Shown: positions 43,728 through 52,918 of the stretch, piece by piece | How the letters are laid out: every line of letters begins with the position of its first letter | How positions within the stretch are numbered: the stretch's first letter is position 1 | Assembly (NCBI GenBank): GCA_036374135.1 | Contig: DASUUK010000031.1 | Coordinates: forward strand, 19,084-83,083 | Length of the DNA stretch: 64,000 bases | Direction: 5' to 3' | Source: Euzebyales bacterium | GTDB lineage: Bacteria; Actinomycetota; Nitriliruptoria; Euzebyales; JAHELV01 | Program-made: the position numbers and the translations under genes | Notes under the pieces: generated by a model | Databases searched by the model: none | The model's input: the letters and a program-made list of their open reading frames with translations, nothing else | Told to the model about the DNA's origin: nothing

Positions 43728-45286
43728 CCAAGAACGACACCGGGAAGGGCCTGGCGCCACGCCTGCATGCCCTGGAACGCGCGGTCGACTCGGGCCGCGG
43801 CATGATGCCCGAGGAGGTCGTCGACCGGGCCACGGCGGTGCGCGTCAACGCCGGCGAGCGACTGGCGCGGGGCGATGCCGCGATCGTGGTCGCGCTGGCG
43901 GGCGGCACCGGCAGCGGCAAGTCGACGCTGTTCAACGCGCTCGCCGGTGAGGACGTCGCTGAGGTCGGTGTGCGCCGGCCGACGACGACCGACCCGTTCG
44001 GACTCGTGGTCGGTGACATCGAGGGCGCGGACTCGCTGCTCGACTGGCTCGATGTCCGCAAGCGCTTCACACCCGAGAACAAGATCGGTCTTGATTCGGG
44101 ACTGATCGTCCTCGATCTCCCCGATCACGATTCGATCCGCATCGACCACAAGGCGACGGTCGACAAGCTCATCCGGCGCGTCGACGTGCTGCTGTGGGTG
44201 CTGGATCCGCAGAAGTACGCCCAGGGCATCCTGCACCGGGGCTACCTGAAGGATCTGCGCCAGCACGCCGAGGTGCAACTCGTCGCGTTGAACAAGGTCG
44301 ATCAGCTCGTCGCGGCCGAGCGCGACGCGTGCGTCACCGATCTCCGGCGCATCCTGGCGGGCGAGGGACTCGGCAAGGTCGAGATCTTTCCGATCTCGGC
44401 GACCGAGGGCACCGGCATGGGCAAGCTGCGGGGCGCCCTGTCGGAGATGGCGAACCGCCGCACCGCGGCGATGCAGCGCATCGACGGCGACCTGCGCAAG
44501 ACGGCCGACGACCTCGCCGCGCACATCGGCCTCCCGCCCGAACATGCGCTCCAACCGGATCCGCTCGTCGACGTGGTCGCGTCGGCGGCGAGGGTCGAGG
44601 ATCGGGCGGCGGCAGAGGCGCAGCGGTACGCGATCGCGGCCCGCCGCGCGACCCGTCCGCCCCTGCTGCGGGCGCTGGCCGGGATCATCCCGCGCCGGAG
44701 GCCGTCGTCGACGTTCGCACTGGAGGACTTCGACCCCGACGCCAACGACCCGTCGCCGGTCGCCGTACAGCACGCCCTGCAGGAGCTGAGCGTCGAGTAC
44801 GGACGCGGGCTGACCAGGCCGTGGCGCTCGCGCCTGCGCGAGGTCGCGCTGGACGCCAGCGGACCGCTCCAGCGGATGACCAGCGATGCGCTCTCGCGCG
44901 TGACCGCGACGCCGCCACGGCGCAAATGGTGGCGGCCGGTGTCGCTGTCGTGGGGGCTGTTCGAACTGCTCGCCGTGATCGGCGTCGTCTGGCTGGCTGT
45001 GCTGGCGGCGTCGACCTACCTCGAACTGCCGATCGACGACACGCCGGAGGTGGCCGGCATATCGCTACCGATCGGCCTTGCGGTCGTCGGTGCCGTGGGG
45101 TGGCTGATCTTCCGACTGGTGCGCGAACGCGTGATCGCCACGGGGGCCCGGCGCTACGCGCAGTGGGTCCGCGAGCAGTACCACACGGAGATCGCCAAGG
45201 CGGTCAAGCAGGCGATCTCGCCGCTCGCGCTGGAGATCGCCTCGTACCAGCGGCTGGTGCAGGATCTCCGCGCCGTCGTCGGCTGA
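43715..45286 (+). CDS. dynamin-like GTPase with C-terminal transmembrane hairpin (DynB-like)
   Basis: This lies within ORF 43331..45286. The GTG at 43715 overlaps the upstream gene by 13 nt. GTPase motifs are G1 GGTGSGKST, G3 DLPDHDS and G4 NKVD. Two adjacent TM helices are present: WGLFELLAVIGVVWLAVLAAS and ISLPIGLAVVGAVGWLIFRLV. Confidence 0.8.
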   Translation: MGELTKNDTGKGLAPRLHALERAVDSGRGMMPEEVVDRATAVRVNAGERLARGDAAIVVALAGGTGSGKSTLFNALAGEDVAEVGVRRPTTTDPFGLVVGDIEGADSLLDWLDVRKRFTPENKIGLDSGLIVLDLPDHDSIRIDHKATVDKLIRRVDVLLWVLDPQKYAQGILHRGYLKDLRQHAEVQLVALNKVDQLVAAERDACVTDLRRILAGEGLGKVEIFPISATEGTGMGKLRGALSEMANRRTAAMQRIDGDLRKTADDLAAHIGLPPEHALQPDPLVDVVASAARVEDRAAAEAQRYAIAARRATRPPLLRALAGIIPRRRPSSTFALEDFDPDANDPSPVAVQHALQELSVEYGRGLTRPWRSRLREVALDASGPLQRMTSDALSRVTATPPRRKWWRPVSLSWGLFELLAVIGVVWLAVLAASTYLELPIDDTPEVAGISLPIGLAVVGAVGWLIFRLVRERVIATGARRYAQWVREQYHTEIAKAVKQAISPLALEIASYQRLVQDLRAVVG

Positions 45287-45310
45287 CCCGACGGCGGATA
45301 TCCTGGTGCC

Positions 45311-45678
<368 letters not shown>

Positions 45679-45847
45679 ACCCTTGTGCTTGCGCGTCGCT
45701 CGACGCGGGCGTTGCCGGACGTTGACGCACGAGCGACGTCGTTCGGACACGGGGAACACCGTGCACCGTGTCCGTCGTGTCCGATCCGCATCGCTCGACG
45801 CCGTCGTCGATCGCGGGCCGTCCCGGCCGACCGGCACCCGCTGTGCG

Positions 45848-46852
45848 TCAGTCGGTGGGCGCCCCGCCGTCGAGGTCGAGCGCCATCTCCTCGCCCAGGT
45901 AGCGCGACACGATCTGCTCGAGCTCGGCGATGCGGGCCTCGTCGCGCGCACGCCGCCGCCGCAGGCGTTCGAGCTCGACGACGGCCAGGCCGGGGACGTC
46001 CGGACCGTCGCCGTCGAACGCCGGACACACGCCGCGGTAGTCGCACCAACCGCACAGCGGTGACGGGCTCGGGTCGAAGTCCTGGGCGGCGATGCTGCGT
46101 GCGACCTCGCGGAACCGCTCGAGCGCCGCGTCGACGTCGATCTCGGCGCGGTCGACCGTGACGCGTAGGCCGGGGACGACGAAATCGAGCGCGACCCACT
46201 CCGGTTCGCGGCCCCACAACTCGCGCGCCGCCAGCGTGTAGATCGCCAGCTGCAGACTCGACGCGACCTCGCTGCGGCTGCGCGCCCTGCGGTTGGTCTT
46301 CCAGTCGACGATGCCCAGCCCACCGGACGCCGTGCGGGCCACGTGGTCGATCGACCCCCGTGCGGCGACGCCGTCGCCAAGGTCGAGCTCGAACCACTGC
46401 TCGCACGCGACCGCCGGCCGGTAGTCGGCCGCGTAGCGCTCGTGGTGGCGCGCCAGCACATCGCGCGCGTGGCGGTACCAGACGAGCTTGGTCTCGCGGT
46501 CCATGTCGGCGAACCCGGTGTCCTCCCAGTGCTCGTACAGCGCCCGGTAGAGCACCTCGACCGGCGGCGGTGTCGGCAGCTTCTGGCTCCACCACACCTC
46601 GAGCGCGGCGTGGATGGCCGATCCCCACGACAGGTCAGGGCTCGGCGTCGACGGCAACTTGTCGACGTAGCGGAACCTGAACAGCAGGGGACAGCGCTCG
46701 TACGTGTCGACCCGGGAGAAGGACAGCCGGATCTCGGGATCCCGCGGCGGCGGGCTCGGCATGCCCGGGAGTGGTTCGGCCGCGTGCACGAGTGTGGGTG
46801 CGGACGGCGCGGCCGCGCCGTCGGAGACCGTGCTGGACGTGCTCGGGGCCAT
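45848..46852 (-). CDS. PD-(D/E)XK nuclease, RecB/Cas4-like with 4-Cys cluster
   Basis: ORF 45848..46852. It has N-terminal YERCPLLFRFRY (Cys1) and core GSIDHV...GIVDWKT (D...DxK). It also has QLAIYTLAA (QxxxY) and C-terminal CGWCDYRGVC (Cys2-4), followed by a coiled-coil tail. Confidence 0.8.
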   Translation of the reverse strand: MAPSTSSTVSDGAAAPSAPTLVHAAEPLPGMPSPPPRDPEIRLSFSRVDTYERCPLLFRFRYVDKLPSTPSPDLSWGSAIHAALEVWWSQKLPTPPPVEVLYRALYEHWEDTGFADMDRETKLVWYRHARDVLARHHERYAADYRPAVACEQWFELDLGDGVAARGSIDHVARTASGGLGIVDWKTNRRARSRSEVASSLQLAIYTLAARELWGREPEWVALDFVVPGLRVTVDRAEIDVDAALERFREVARSIAAQDFDPSPSPLCGWCDYRGVCPAFDGDGPDVPGLAVVELERLRRRRARDEARIAELEQIVSRYLGEEMALDLDGGAPTD

Positions 46853-47031
46853 GGCGTCATGCTAGCCACCGGGCGGTGTACCGTGGCGGACGTCCACACC
46901 GCGTGGGCGGCCCGTCGGCGCCGATTCGGCTACGCTGCGCTGCGGCGTCGTCGGGCGGGGCGCGAGCGCGCGGATGTGACGCCGGGACGTCACCTTGTGG
47001 CACCCACGTCGACTTCATCGGATGGCAGGAC

Positions 47032-47982
47032 ATGACCGCGAACAACCAGGTCGTCGACGGCACCGGCTCCGCCCGGCGCTCCCGCTCGGCGTCGACCATC
47101 ACCCACGGCCTGCAGGGCATGCTGATGGGTGGCGCCGACATCATCCCCGGCGTCAGCGGCGGCACGGTCGCGTTGGTCCTCGGGATCTACGAGCGGCTGA
47201 TCGACAGCATCCACCGGGTCGCGTCGGCGCTCGGATCCGTGCTCCGCAGTGACCGGGACGCCGCCGCCGAGCACTGGCGGCGCACCGAGTTCGGGCTCGT
47301 CATCCCGTTGGGCGTCGGCATCCTGGCGGCGCTGGGCGTCGGCAGCCTGGTGTTGCCGTCGCTCATCGAGCACTACCCGATCATCACCTCGGCGGTGTTC
47401 TTCGGCCTGATCGCCGGTGCGTTGCCGATCCCGTGGCGGCGCATATCGGAGCGTCGCGGCATGCACATCGGCCTCGCCGCCGCCGGCGCCGTCGTTGCGT
47501 TCGTGCTCGCGGGGCTGACGCCGTCGACCGTCAGCAATCCCGCGCTGCCGCTGGTGTTCGGCTCGGCGGTGGTGGGGATCTGCGCCATGATCCTGCCGGG
47601 TGTCAGCGGCGCCTACCTGCTGCTCATCATGGGGATGTACGAGCCCACGCTCGAGGCCGCCGGCAACCTGGACATCGGGTACATCGCGGTGTTCGCGGTC
47701 GGGGCGATCACCGGCCTGGCCCTGTTCTCCAAGCTGCTGGCATGGCTGTTGGACGCGCACGAGGACGCGACGATGGCGGTGCTGGTCGGTCTGATGGCCG
47801 GCTCGCTACGTCGGCTGTGGCCCTGGCGGACCGAGGAGGGCGTGCTGCACGCTCCCGGCGACGGTGGGGAGATCGTGCTGGCGGTCGTCTGTGCGGCGAT
47901 CGGCCTGGCTGTCGTCACCGGGCTGGCGATGATCGGTGACCGGGCCGAGCGCGACCGTGCGGGCTTCGGATCCAACGCGTGA
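47032..47982 (+). CDS. DUF368 family membrane protein
   Basis: This uses the ATG at 47032 within ORF 46771..47982. It has a duplicated motif, IPGVSGGTVALVLGIYE and LPGVSGAYLLLIMGMYE, and about 8 TM segments. Confidence 0.8.
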   Translation: MTANNQVVDGTGSARRSRSASTITHGLQGMLMGGADIIPGVSGGTVALVLGIYERLIDSIHRVASALGSVLRSDRDAAAEHWRRTEFGLVIPLGVGILAALGVGSLVLPSLIEHYPIITSAVFFGLIAGALPIPWRRISERRGMHIGLAAAGAVVAFVLAGLTPSTVSNPALPLVFGSAVVGICAMILPGVSGAYLLLIMGMYEPTLEAAGNLDIGYIAVFAVGAITGLALFSKLLAWLLDAHEDATMAVLVGLMAGSLRRLWPWRTEEGVLHAPGDGGEIVLAVVCAAIGLAVVTGLAMIGDRAERDRAGFGSNA

Positions 47983-48042
47983 ACGGCGACCCCGGCTGAC
48001 GTGTTCGCGCCGCCCCGTACGGCGGCATGGACGAGCCTCTGC

Positions 48043-49842
48043 TCAGCGCTGCGCGGCGGGGGTGCGCAGGTGCCGGGCGACGAAGTCGAGTGCCAGCGCC
48101 TGCTGCCGGATGTTCTCGGCGATCGCCATCGAGCCGTGGCCGGCCTCGAACACGTCGTAGTCGCACGCGACACCGTGCTCTCGGAGCGCCGCCACGTAGT
48201 TGTCGACCTGCCGGCGCGGACACCGCGTGTCGTTGGCGCCCGTGATGATCAGCACCGGAACGGTCACCTGATGCGCGTAGGTGATCGGCGACCGCTCGCG
48301 GTACAGGTCACCGCGCTCGTCGGGCGTGCCTTTGAACAGGCCATGGTCGAACTCGCGCAGTGCCGGCGACTCGTCCTCGTACGCCGCCAGGTAGTCCGCG
48401 ACTGGAACCACCGCCACCGCCGCGGACCAGGCGTCGGGCACCGTTCCGATGCCCTGCAGCGTCAGGTACCCACCCCACGAGGCGCCGGTCAGCACGATCC
48501 GATCCGGGTCCGCCACGCCGGACGCGACGAGGTGGTCGCGACCGGCGCGCAGATCGACGACCTCAGGGCGGCCCGGATCGCCCTCCAGGGCATCCTGCCA
48601 CCGCTTGCCGTAGCCCGTCGACCCGCGGTAGTTCGGACTCAGGACGGCGAATCCGTGGTCGACCCACGCCTGCACCGTCGGGTCGAACTCGTCGCCGACC
48701 TGGGCGTGGGGACCACCGTGCACGTCGACGACGAGGGGGAACGGCGGCTCGCCCGGTGGCAGCGACAGGAACGCGTGAACCATGTCGCCGTCATCGTTGA
48801 GGTAGTCGATCGACCGGGCGGGCACACCGTCTGGCGCCGGTGTGCCCGGGGCGGACAGCAGCACGCGATCGTCGTGCCCGGCGCGCGAGCGGACCGTCGG
48901 CGCGTGCGCCGACGACTCGAAGACGTACCACAGGGTGTCGTCCGGTCGGACCCGAGCAGCACCGACCGTGCCCGGTCCGAGCTCGACGTCAGCGACCCGT
49001 CCGCCCGCGATGTCGTAGCGCAGCAGGGTCCGGCGGCCGCGGTACTCGTGTGCGAGCAGCAACGCTGAACCATTTGGCCACCAGTCCTCGACGTCGAGCT
49101 CCCCGGGAACGTCGACATCGCACCGTGTGCGGATGTCGGAGGCGACGTCCCAGACCTCGACGATCCGCCGTCCGGTGCGGTCAGCCACCAGCGCGAGGCG
49201 TTGGTCACCCTCCACCGGCGACCAGCCCGCAGGGTCGACGGTGTTGCCAAGCCCGTCGTACGCGGTCGCGACGATCTGCCCGGCGGTGTCCGCCACCTGG
49301 ACGGTCGGATGCAACGTGTCGCCGTGGGAGGTGTCCGACAGCGCGAGCAGCTCGGCGTCGGCGGACAGACCACCGACCGACACCGGGCTGGTGCGGGTGA
49401 TGATGACCGTCGCGTCCCCGGCCTCGACGACCACGATCGAGAAGCCGTCCGCGTCGGCGCGACCGAACGCGTGGCGCCGCGCGCGCAGTGACAGGCCGGC
49501 CGACCACCCGGCCGGCACCGCGGGGGCCAACGGTTCGGCGTCACCGCCATCGAACGGTGAGATCACGAACTGCCCGACCTCGTCGCCGTGATCGTCGGAG
49601 AACCACACGATGCCGCCGCCGTCCGGCAGCGGCACACCCCATCGGACACCTGTGGGCCGGTCCGTGATCGGTGTGTGCTTGTCGGTTGACAGATCCCATG
49701 ACCAGACCTGGCGCACGCCCGAGACGTTGGTGCTGTAGGCCGACCGCTCCGGAGCTCCGCGTGCCCACACCGGCAGGCTGTGGCGCACGGCCCGGAACCG
49801 CTGCTGCCACGGCGGTGGTGTGGCAGCAGCCCGATCGGTCAC
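48043..49842 (-). CDS. S9 family serine peptidase (beta-propeller plus alpha/beta hydrolase)
   Basis: ORF 48043..49842. It has VDVHGGPHAQ, PNYRGSTGYG, the nucleophile elbow GASWGGY, and a late His in FEAGHGS. Confidence 0.85.
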   Translation of the reverse strand: MTDRAAATPPPWQQRFRAVRHSLPVWARGAPERSAYSTNVSGVRQVWSWDLSTDKHTPITDRPTGVRWGVPLPDGGGIVWFSDDHGDEVGQFVISPFDGGDAEPLAPAVPAGWSAGLSLRARRHAFGRADADGFSIVVVEAGDATVIITRTSPVSVGGLSADAELLALSDTSHGDTLHPTVQVADTAGQIVATAYDGLGNTVDPAGWSPVEGDQRLALVADRTGRRIVEVWDVASDIRTRCDVDVPGELDVEDWWPNGSALLLAHEYRGRRTLLRYDIAGGRVADVELGPGTVGAARVRPDDTLWYVFESSAHAPTVRSRAGHDDRVLLSAPGTPAPDGVPARSIDYLNDDGDMVHAFLSLPPGEPPFPLVVDVHGGPHAQVGDEFDPTVQAWVDHGFAVLSPNYRGSTGYGKRWQDALEGDPGRPEVVDLRAGRDHLVASGVADPDRIVLTGASWGGYLTLQGIGTVPDAWSAAVAVVPVADYLAAYEDESPALREFDHGLFKGTPDERGDLYRERSPITYAHQVTVPVLIITGANDTRCPRRQVDNYVAALREHGVACDYDVFEAGHGSMAIAENIRQQALALDFVARHLRTPAAQR

Positions 49843-49876
49843 AGGTGCGCCGCCGTGTGCTCGACGCCGATCCGGG

Positions 49877-50353
49877 TCACGCGATCACAACGAGTTCGGC
49901 GGTGCCGACCACGTGCCCGACCGAGGCGCGACGGATCTCGTCGCGACGCGCACCCGGTGGCAGATCGATCTCCGTGTCGAGCGCGAAGAGGCGGAAGAAG
50001 TAACGGTGGGGCAGTGTCTCCTCGAGCTCGTCGCCCAGCGTCGGGCCGGTGTAGCCGGCCTCGTCGAACTCGTTGAGTCCCTGCATCAGCTCGACCGGCT
50101 CGTCGATCACCGCATCGCGTGGCACGCCCTCGGGCAGCTGGGTCTCGTGCGCGGCGATGCCGTACACGATCCAGTGGGTGAACACCCCCACCTCGGCATC
50201 CGGGTCGTCGCAGATCAGCACGAGCTCCTTGGCCTGCTCGGGCACGCCGTACCACTCGAGGGGAGGCGACACGTTGCCACCGTCAGCGGAGAAGCGGTCT
50301 GGCAGATCTTCGTCGTGCTGGAACGCAGGACTCGTCAGGCGGAACTCCGCCAT
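49877..50353 (-). CDS. YbhB/YbcL (PEBP/Raf kinase inhibitor-like) family protein
   Basis: ORF 49877..50353, with a GAGGAGG RBS. It has SPPLEW, DPDA..GVFTHWIVYGI and YFFRLFALD. Confidence 0.85.
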   Translation of the reverse strand: MAEFRLTSPAFQHDEDLPDRFSADGGNVSPPLEWYGVPEQAKELVLICDDPDAEVGVFTHWIVYGIAAHETQLPEGVPRDAVIDEPVELMQGLNEFDEAGYTGPTLGDELEETLPHRYFFRLFALDTEIDLPPGARRDEIRRASVGHVVGTAELVVIA

Positions 50354-50585
50354 CGTCTGCCAACCTCCTCGTCGGGGTGCAGCATTATTGCAGCACGTCG
50401 CCGACGCCGGTCAAGGACTTTGCCCGAGGTCTGGGCATGCGGGTGGTCCGGAGGGGACGATGCTGATGTCCGAGGCCCGCCAGGTCGGGCGTCGTCGAGC
50501 CGGTCGGGCGGCGGGTTACCGGCGGGGCGGGACGGGAACGATGGGTACGTTCCCATTACGATCCCGCGCGAAGGAGCGCTGCCGC

Positions 50586-51128
50586 ATGTCTTCGAAGTAC
50601 ACGGTCCCCGGCATGGACACAGCCGACGCCGAGCGTGTCATCGAAACCCTCCAGCACAGGTTGACGGCACTGCTCGACCTCCAGTTGACCCTCAAGCACA
50701 TCCACTGGAACGTGGTCGGGCCGACCTTCATCGGCGTCCACGAAATGCTCGATCCCCAGGTCGACGCTGTCCGGACGATGACCGATGACGTCGCCGAGCG
50801 CATCGCCACGATGGGTGGACAGCCGGTTGGCACCCCTGGGTTCGTCGCCAAGAACCGCGCGTGGGATGACTACGACCTGATGCGTGCGACCACCGACGAG
50901 CACCTGGCGGCGCTCGACGTGGTCTACACGGGCGTCATCGGCGACCATCGCAAGGCGATCGCCGAGTTCGACGACCTCGACCTGGTGTCGCAGGACATGA
51001 TCATCGCCCAGACCGAACAGCTCGAGATGTTCCAGTGGTTCGTCCGAGCGCACCTCGAGGACTCCAGCGGTCAGCTGCGTCACGCGGGTGCGACGACCGA
51101 GCAGGGGGCGGCCGACGCCGTCGGATAG
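50586..51128 (+). CDS. dps: Dps family DNA-protecting ferritin-like protein
   Basis: This uses the ATG at 50586 within ORF 50073..51128, with a GAAGGAG RBS. It has LKHIHWNVVGPTFIGVHEMLD and DDVAERI....G. Confidence 0.9.
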   Translation: MSSKYTVPGMDTADAERVIETLQHRLTALLDLQLTLKHIHWNVVGPTFIGVHEMLDPQVDAVRTMTDDVAERIATMGGQPVGTPGFVAKNRAWDDYDLMRATTDEHLAALDVVYTGVIGDHRKAIAEFDDLDLVSQDMIIAQTEQLEMFQWFVRAHLEDSSGQLRHAGATTEQGAADAVG

Positions 51129-51158
51129 GCCGTCCGCGGCTCGGCTCATCCGGCCATC

Positions 51159-52103
51159 GTGACCGCCGACCGCATCCGGTCGGCGGCACGGCGCTACCCG
51201 CTGGTCCTGGTCGCGGCGGGGGTGTTGCTGTACTCGACCGGCCCCGTGATGGTGCAGGCGTCCGGCGTGTCCGGACCGGTGTTCAGCTTCTGGCGGCTGT
51301 GGATCGGCGTGGTCACGCTGGGCGTCCTGACGGTTCTCCAGGTGCGCGCCGGCGAGCAGTGGCCGCGCGCGCACCAGTGGCGGGTGGCGGTGTGGGCCGG
51401 GGTCGCGTTCGGTATGCACCAGTTGCTGCTGTTCACCGCGATCCGCGTCACGACCGTCGTCGATGTCACCCTCGTCGCGGCGCTCGCGCCGGTCGTCACT
51501 GCGGTCGGCGCCCGCTGGATGTTCGGCGAACGTCCCGGGCGCGGGTTCTGGGGATGGGCGGCCGTCGCGATCGCCGGCGCCGCGCTGCTGGCCGTGGCTG
51601 CCTCGTCGGCGCCAACCGGCAACGTCGCGGGGATGGCCATGGCGCTCGGCAATGTGGTCGCCTTCGCGGCGTTCTTCCTGCTGTCCAAACGGGGGCGCGA
51701 CCACCTCGCCGTCGTGCCGTTCCTGTTCGGCACCATCACCGTCGCGGCAACGGTCGTCAGTGCCTTCGTGCTCGCAACCGGGGCGCCGGCCCTGCAGGTG
51801 GAGGTCACGGACCTGTTGCTGGCCGCTGGCGTCGCCATCGGCCCCGGGACGGTCGGCCACTTCGTCATGACGTGGCCACTGCGCTACGTCCCGGCGACGA
51901 TCCCGCCCATCATGCGTCTCGCCCAGCCCTTCATCGCGGGCGGGCTCGCATGGTGGTTGCTGAGCGAGCCACTGTACTGGCGCCATCTGTTCGCGGGCGC
52001 GCTGGTCGTCGTCGGTGCTGCCGGTACGGTGCTGTCATCCGAGGGCCGACGGCTGCGCGCGGTGGCGCGCGGGCAGGTGGACGACGTCCCGCGGGCGGCG
52101 TGA
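51159..52103 (+). CDS. DMT/EamA family transporter
   Basis: ORF 51159..52103. It is a 10-TM type protein with two EamA-like halves. Confidence 0.8.
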   Translation: MTADRIRSAARRYPLVLVAAGVLLYSTGPVMVQASGVSGPVFSFWRLWIGVVTLGVLTVLQVRAGEQWPRAHQWRVAVWAGVAFGMHQLLLFTAIRVTTVVDVTLVAALAPVVTAVGARWMFGERPGRGFWGWAAVAIAGAALLAVAASSAPTGNVAGMAMALGNVVAFAAFFLLSKRGRDHLAVVPFLFGTITVAATVVSAFVLATGAPALQVEVTDLLLAAGVAIGPGTVGHFVMTWPLRYVPATIPPIMRLAQPFIAGGLAWWLLSEPLYWRHLFAGALVVVGAAGTVLSSEGRRLRAVARGQVDDVPRAA

Positions 52104-52139
52104 CACGCCGGGGCACCGGACGGTGACGCGGTCAACGGG

Positions 52140-52889
52140 TCAGGCTGACGCGCGCTCGGTGTAGGAGCGGAACGCCCGCGTGGGTTGGCCGCCCAGGTCG
52201 AGGTGGCCGGCTTCGTCATTCCAGAGCGCCATCAGCGCCGACCAGCCGGTGCCGTGGACATCGACGCGGGGGAGATCGTCGCGCCACGGCAGCCGCGGCG
52301 CAAGCCCTGCAGCGGTGGCCAGCCGCGGCACGTCGTCGGTGAGCACGCTGCTGTCGTCGTCGAGGACCAGTCCGATCGACAGCCGCGATGACAGCCGGCG
52401 GGCGTGCTCGAGGCCGCTGTCGACGATCTCGGTGAACCGGTCCCGTCCGCCCGTTCCCGAGCGCAGCCGCTGCCGGCCGCCGTCGACGAGCAGCAGGACC
52501 TCGGGTGTCTCGATGCGCACCGGCACCTCGACGGGCTCCTCGTACATCGCGATCGCGTCGTGGTCACCGTGCTCCACGCCGGCGCGGCGGTGGATCTCGC
52601 GGACGTAGGCGCGGGACGGGCGCAGGTGCGGCGCGTGCAGGCGCCCGGAGAACAGCGACATGCGCACCGGTGCGCGGAGGTTCGGTCCGCCGACGGTCTG
52701 CAGGCGGTAGGCCAGCCAGTCCTGGTCGTCGTGGGTGTCGAGCGACGCGAACACGTTCCACAACATGAGGTCGACGTTGCGCGGTTCGGTGCGCATGCGC
52801 TCCAGCCGTGCCGGCTCGTCGCGCATCATCAGCGCGAGCCGGTCGGCGTAGAAGATCGGGTTGGCCCGGGTCCGGGCGAACAGCACCAC
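52140..52889 (-). CDS. hypothetical protein (249 aa), no recognisable motif
   Basis: ORF 52140..52889. Its GTG start is preceded by GAGGAG at 9 nt. GC3 is high in this frame. It lies immediately downstream of serB on the same strand, after a 29-nt gap. Confidence 0.6.
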   Translation of the reverse strand: MVLFARTRANPIFYADRLALMMRDEPARLERMRTEPRNVDLMLWNVFASLDTHDDQDWLAYRLQTVGGPNLRAPVRMSLFSGRLHAPHLRPSRAYVREIHRRAGVEHGDHDAIAMYEEPVEVPVRIETPEVLLLVDGGRQRLRSGTGGRDRFTEIVDSGLEHARRLSSRLSIGLVLDDDSSVLTDDVPRLATAAGLAPRLPWRDDLPRVDVHGTGWSALMALWNDEAGHLDLGGQPTRAFRSYTERASA

Positions 52890-52918
52890 CGTGGCTTGCT
52901 CCTCGTGCCTCGTGCCGA

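Noticed and set aside
41934-45286. Reading the two GTPases as Era/EngA/HflX-type ribosome-assembly GTPases.
   Set aside because: Their sizes (about 600 and 520 aa), long helical stalks, TM hairpin and paired arrangement fit dynamin-like proteins better. There are no KH or S4-type RNA-binding C-terminal domains.
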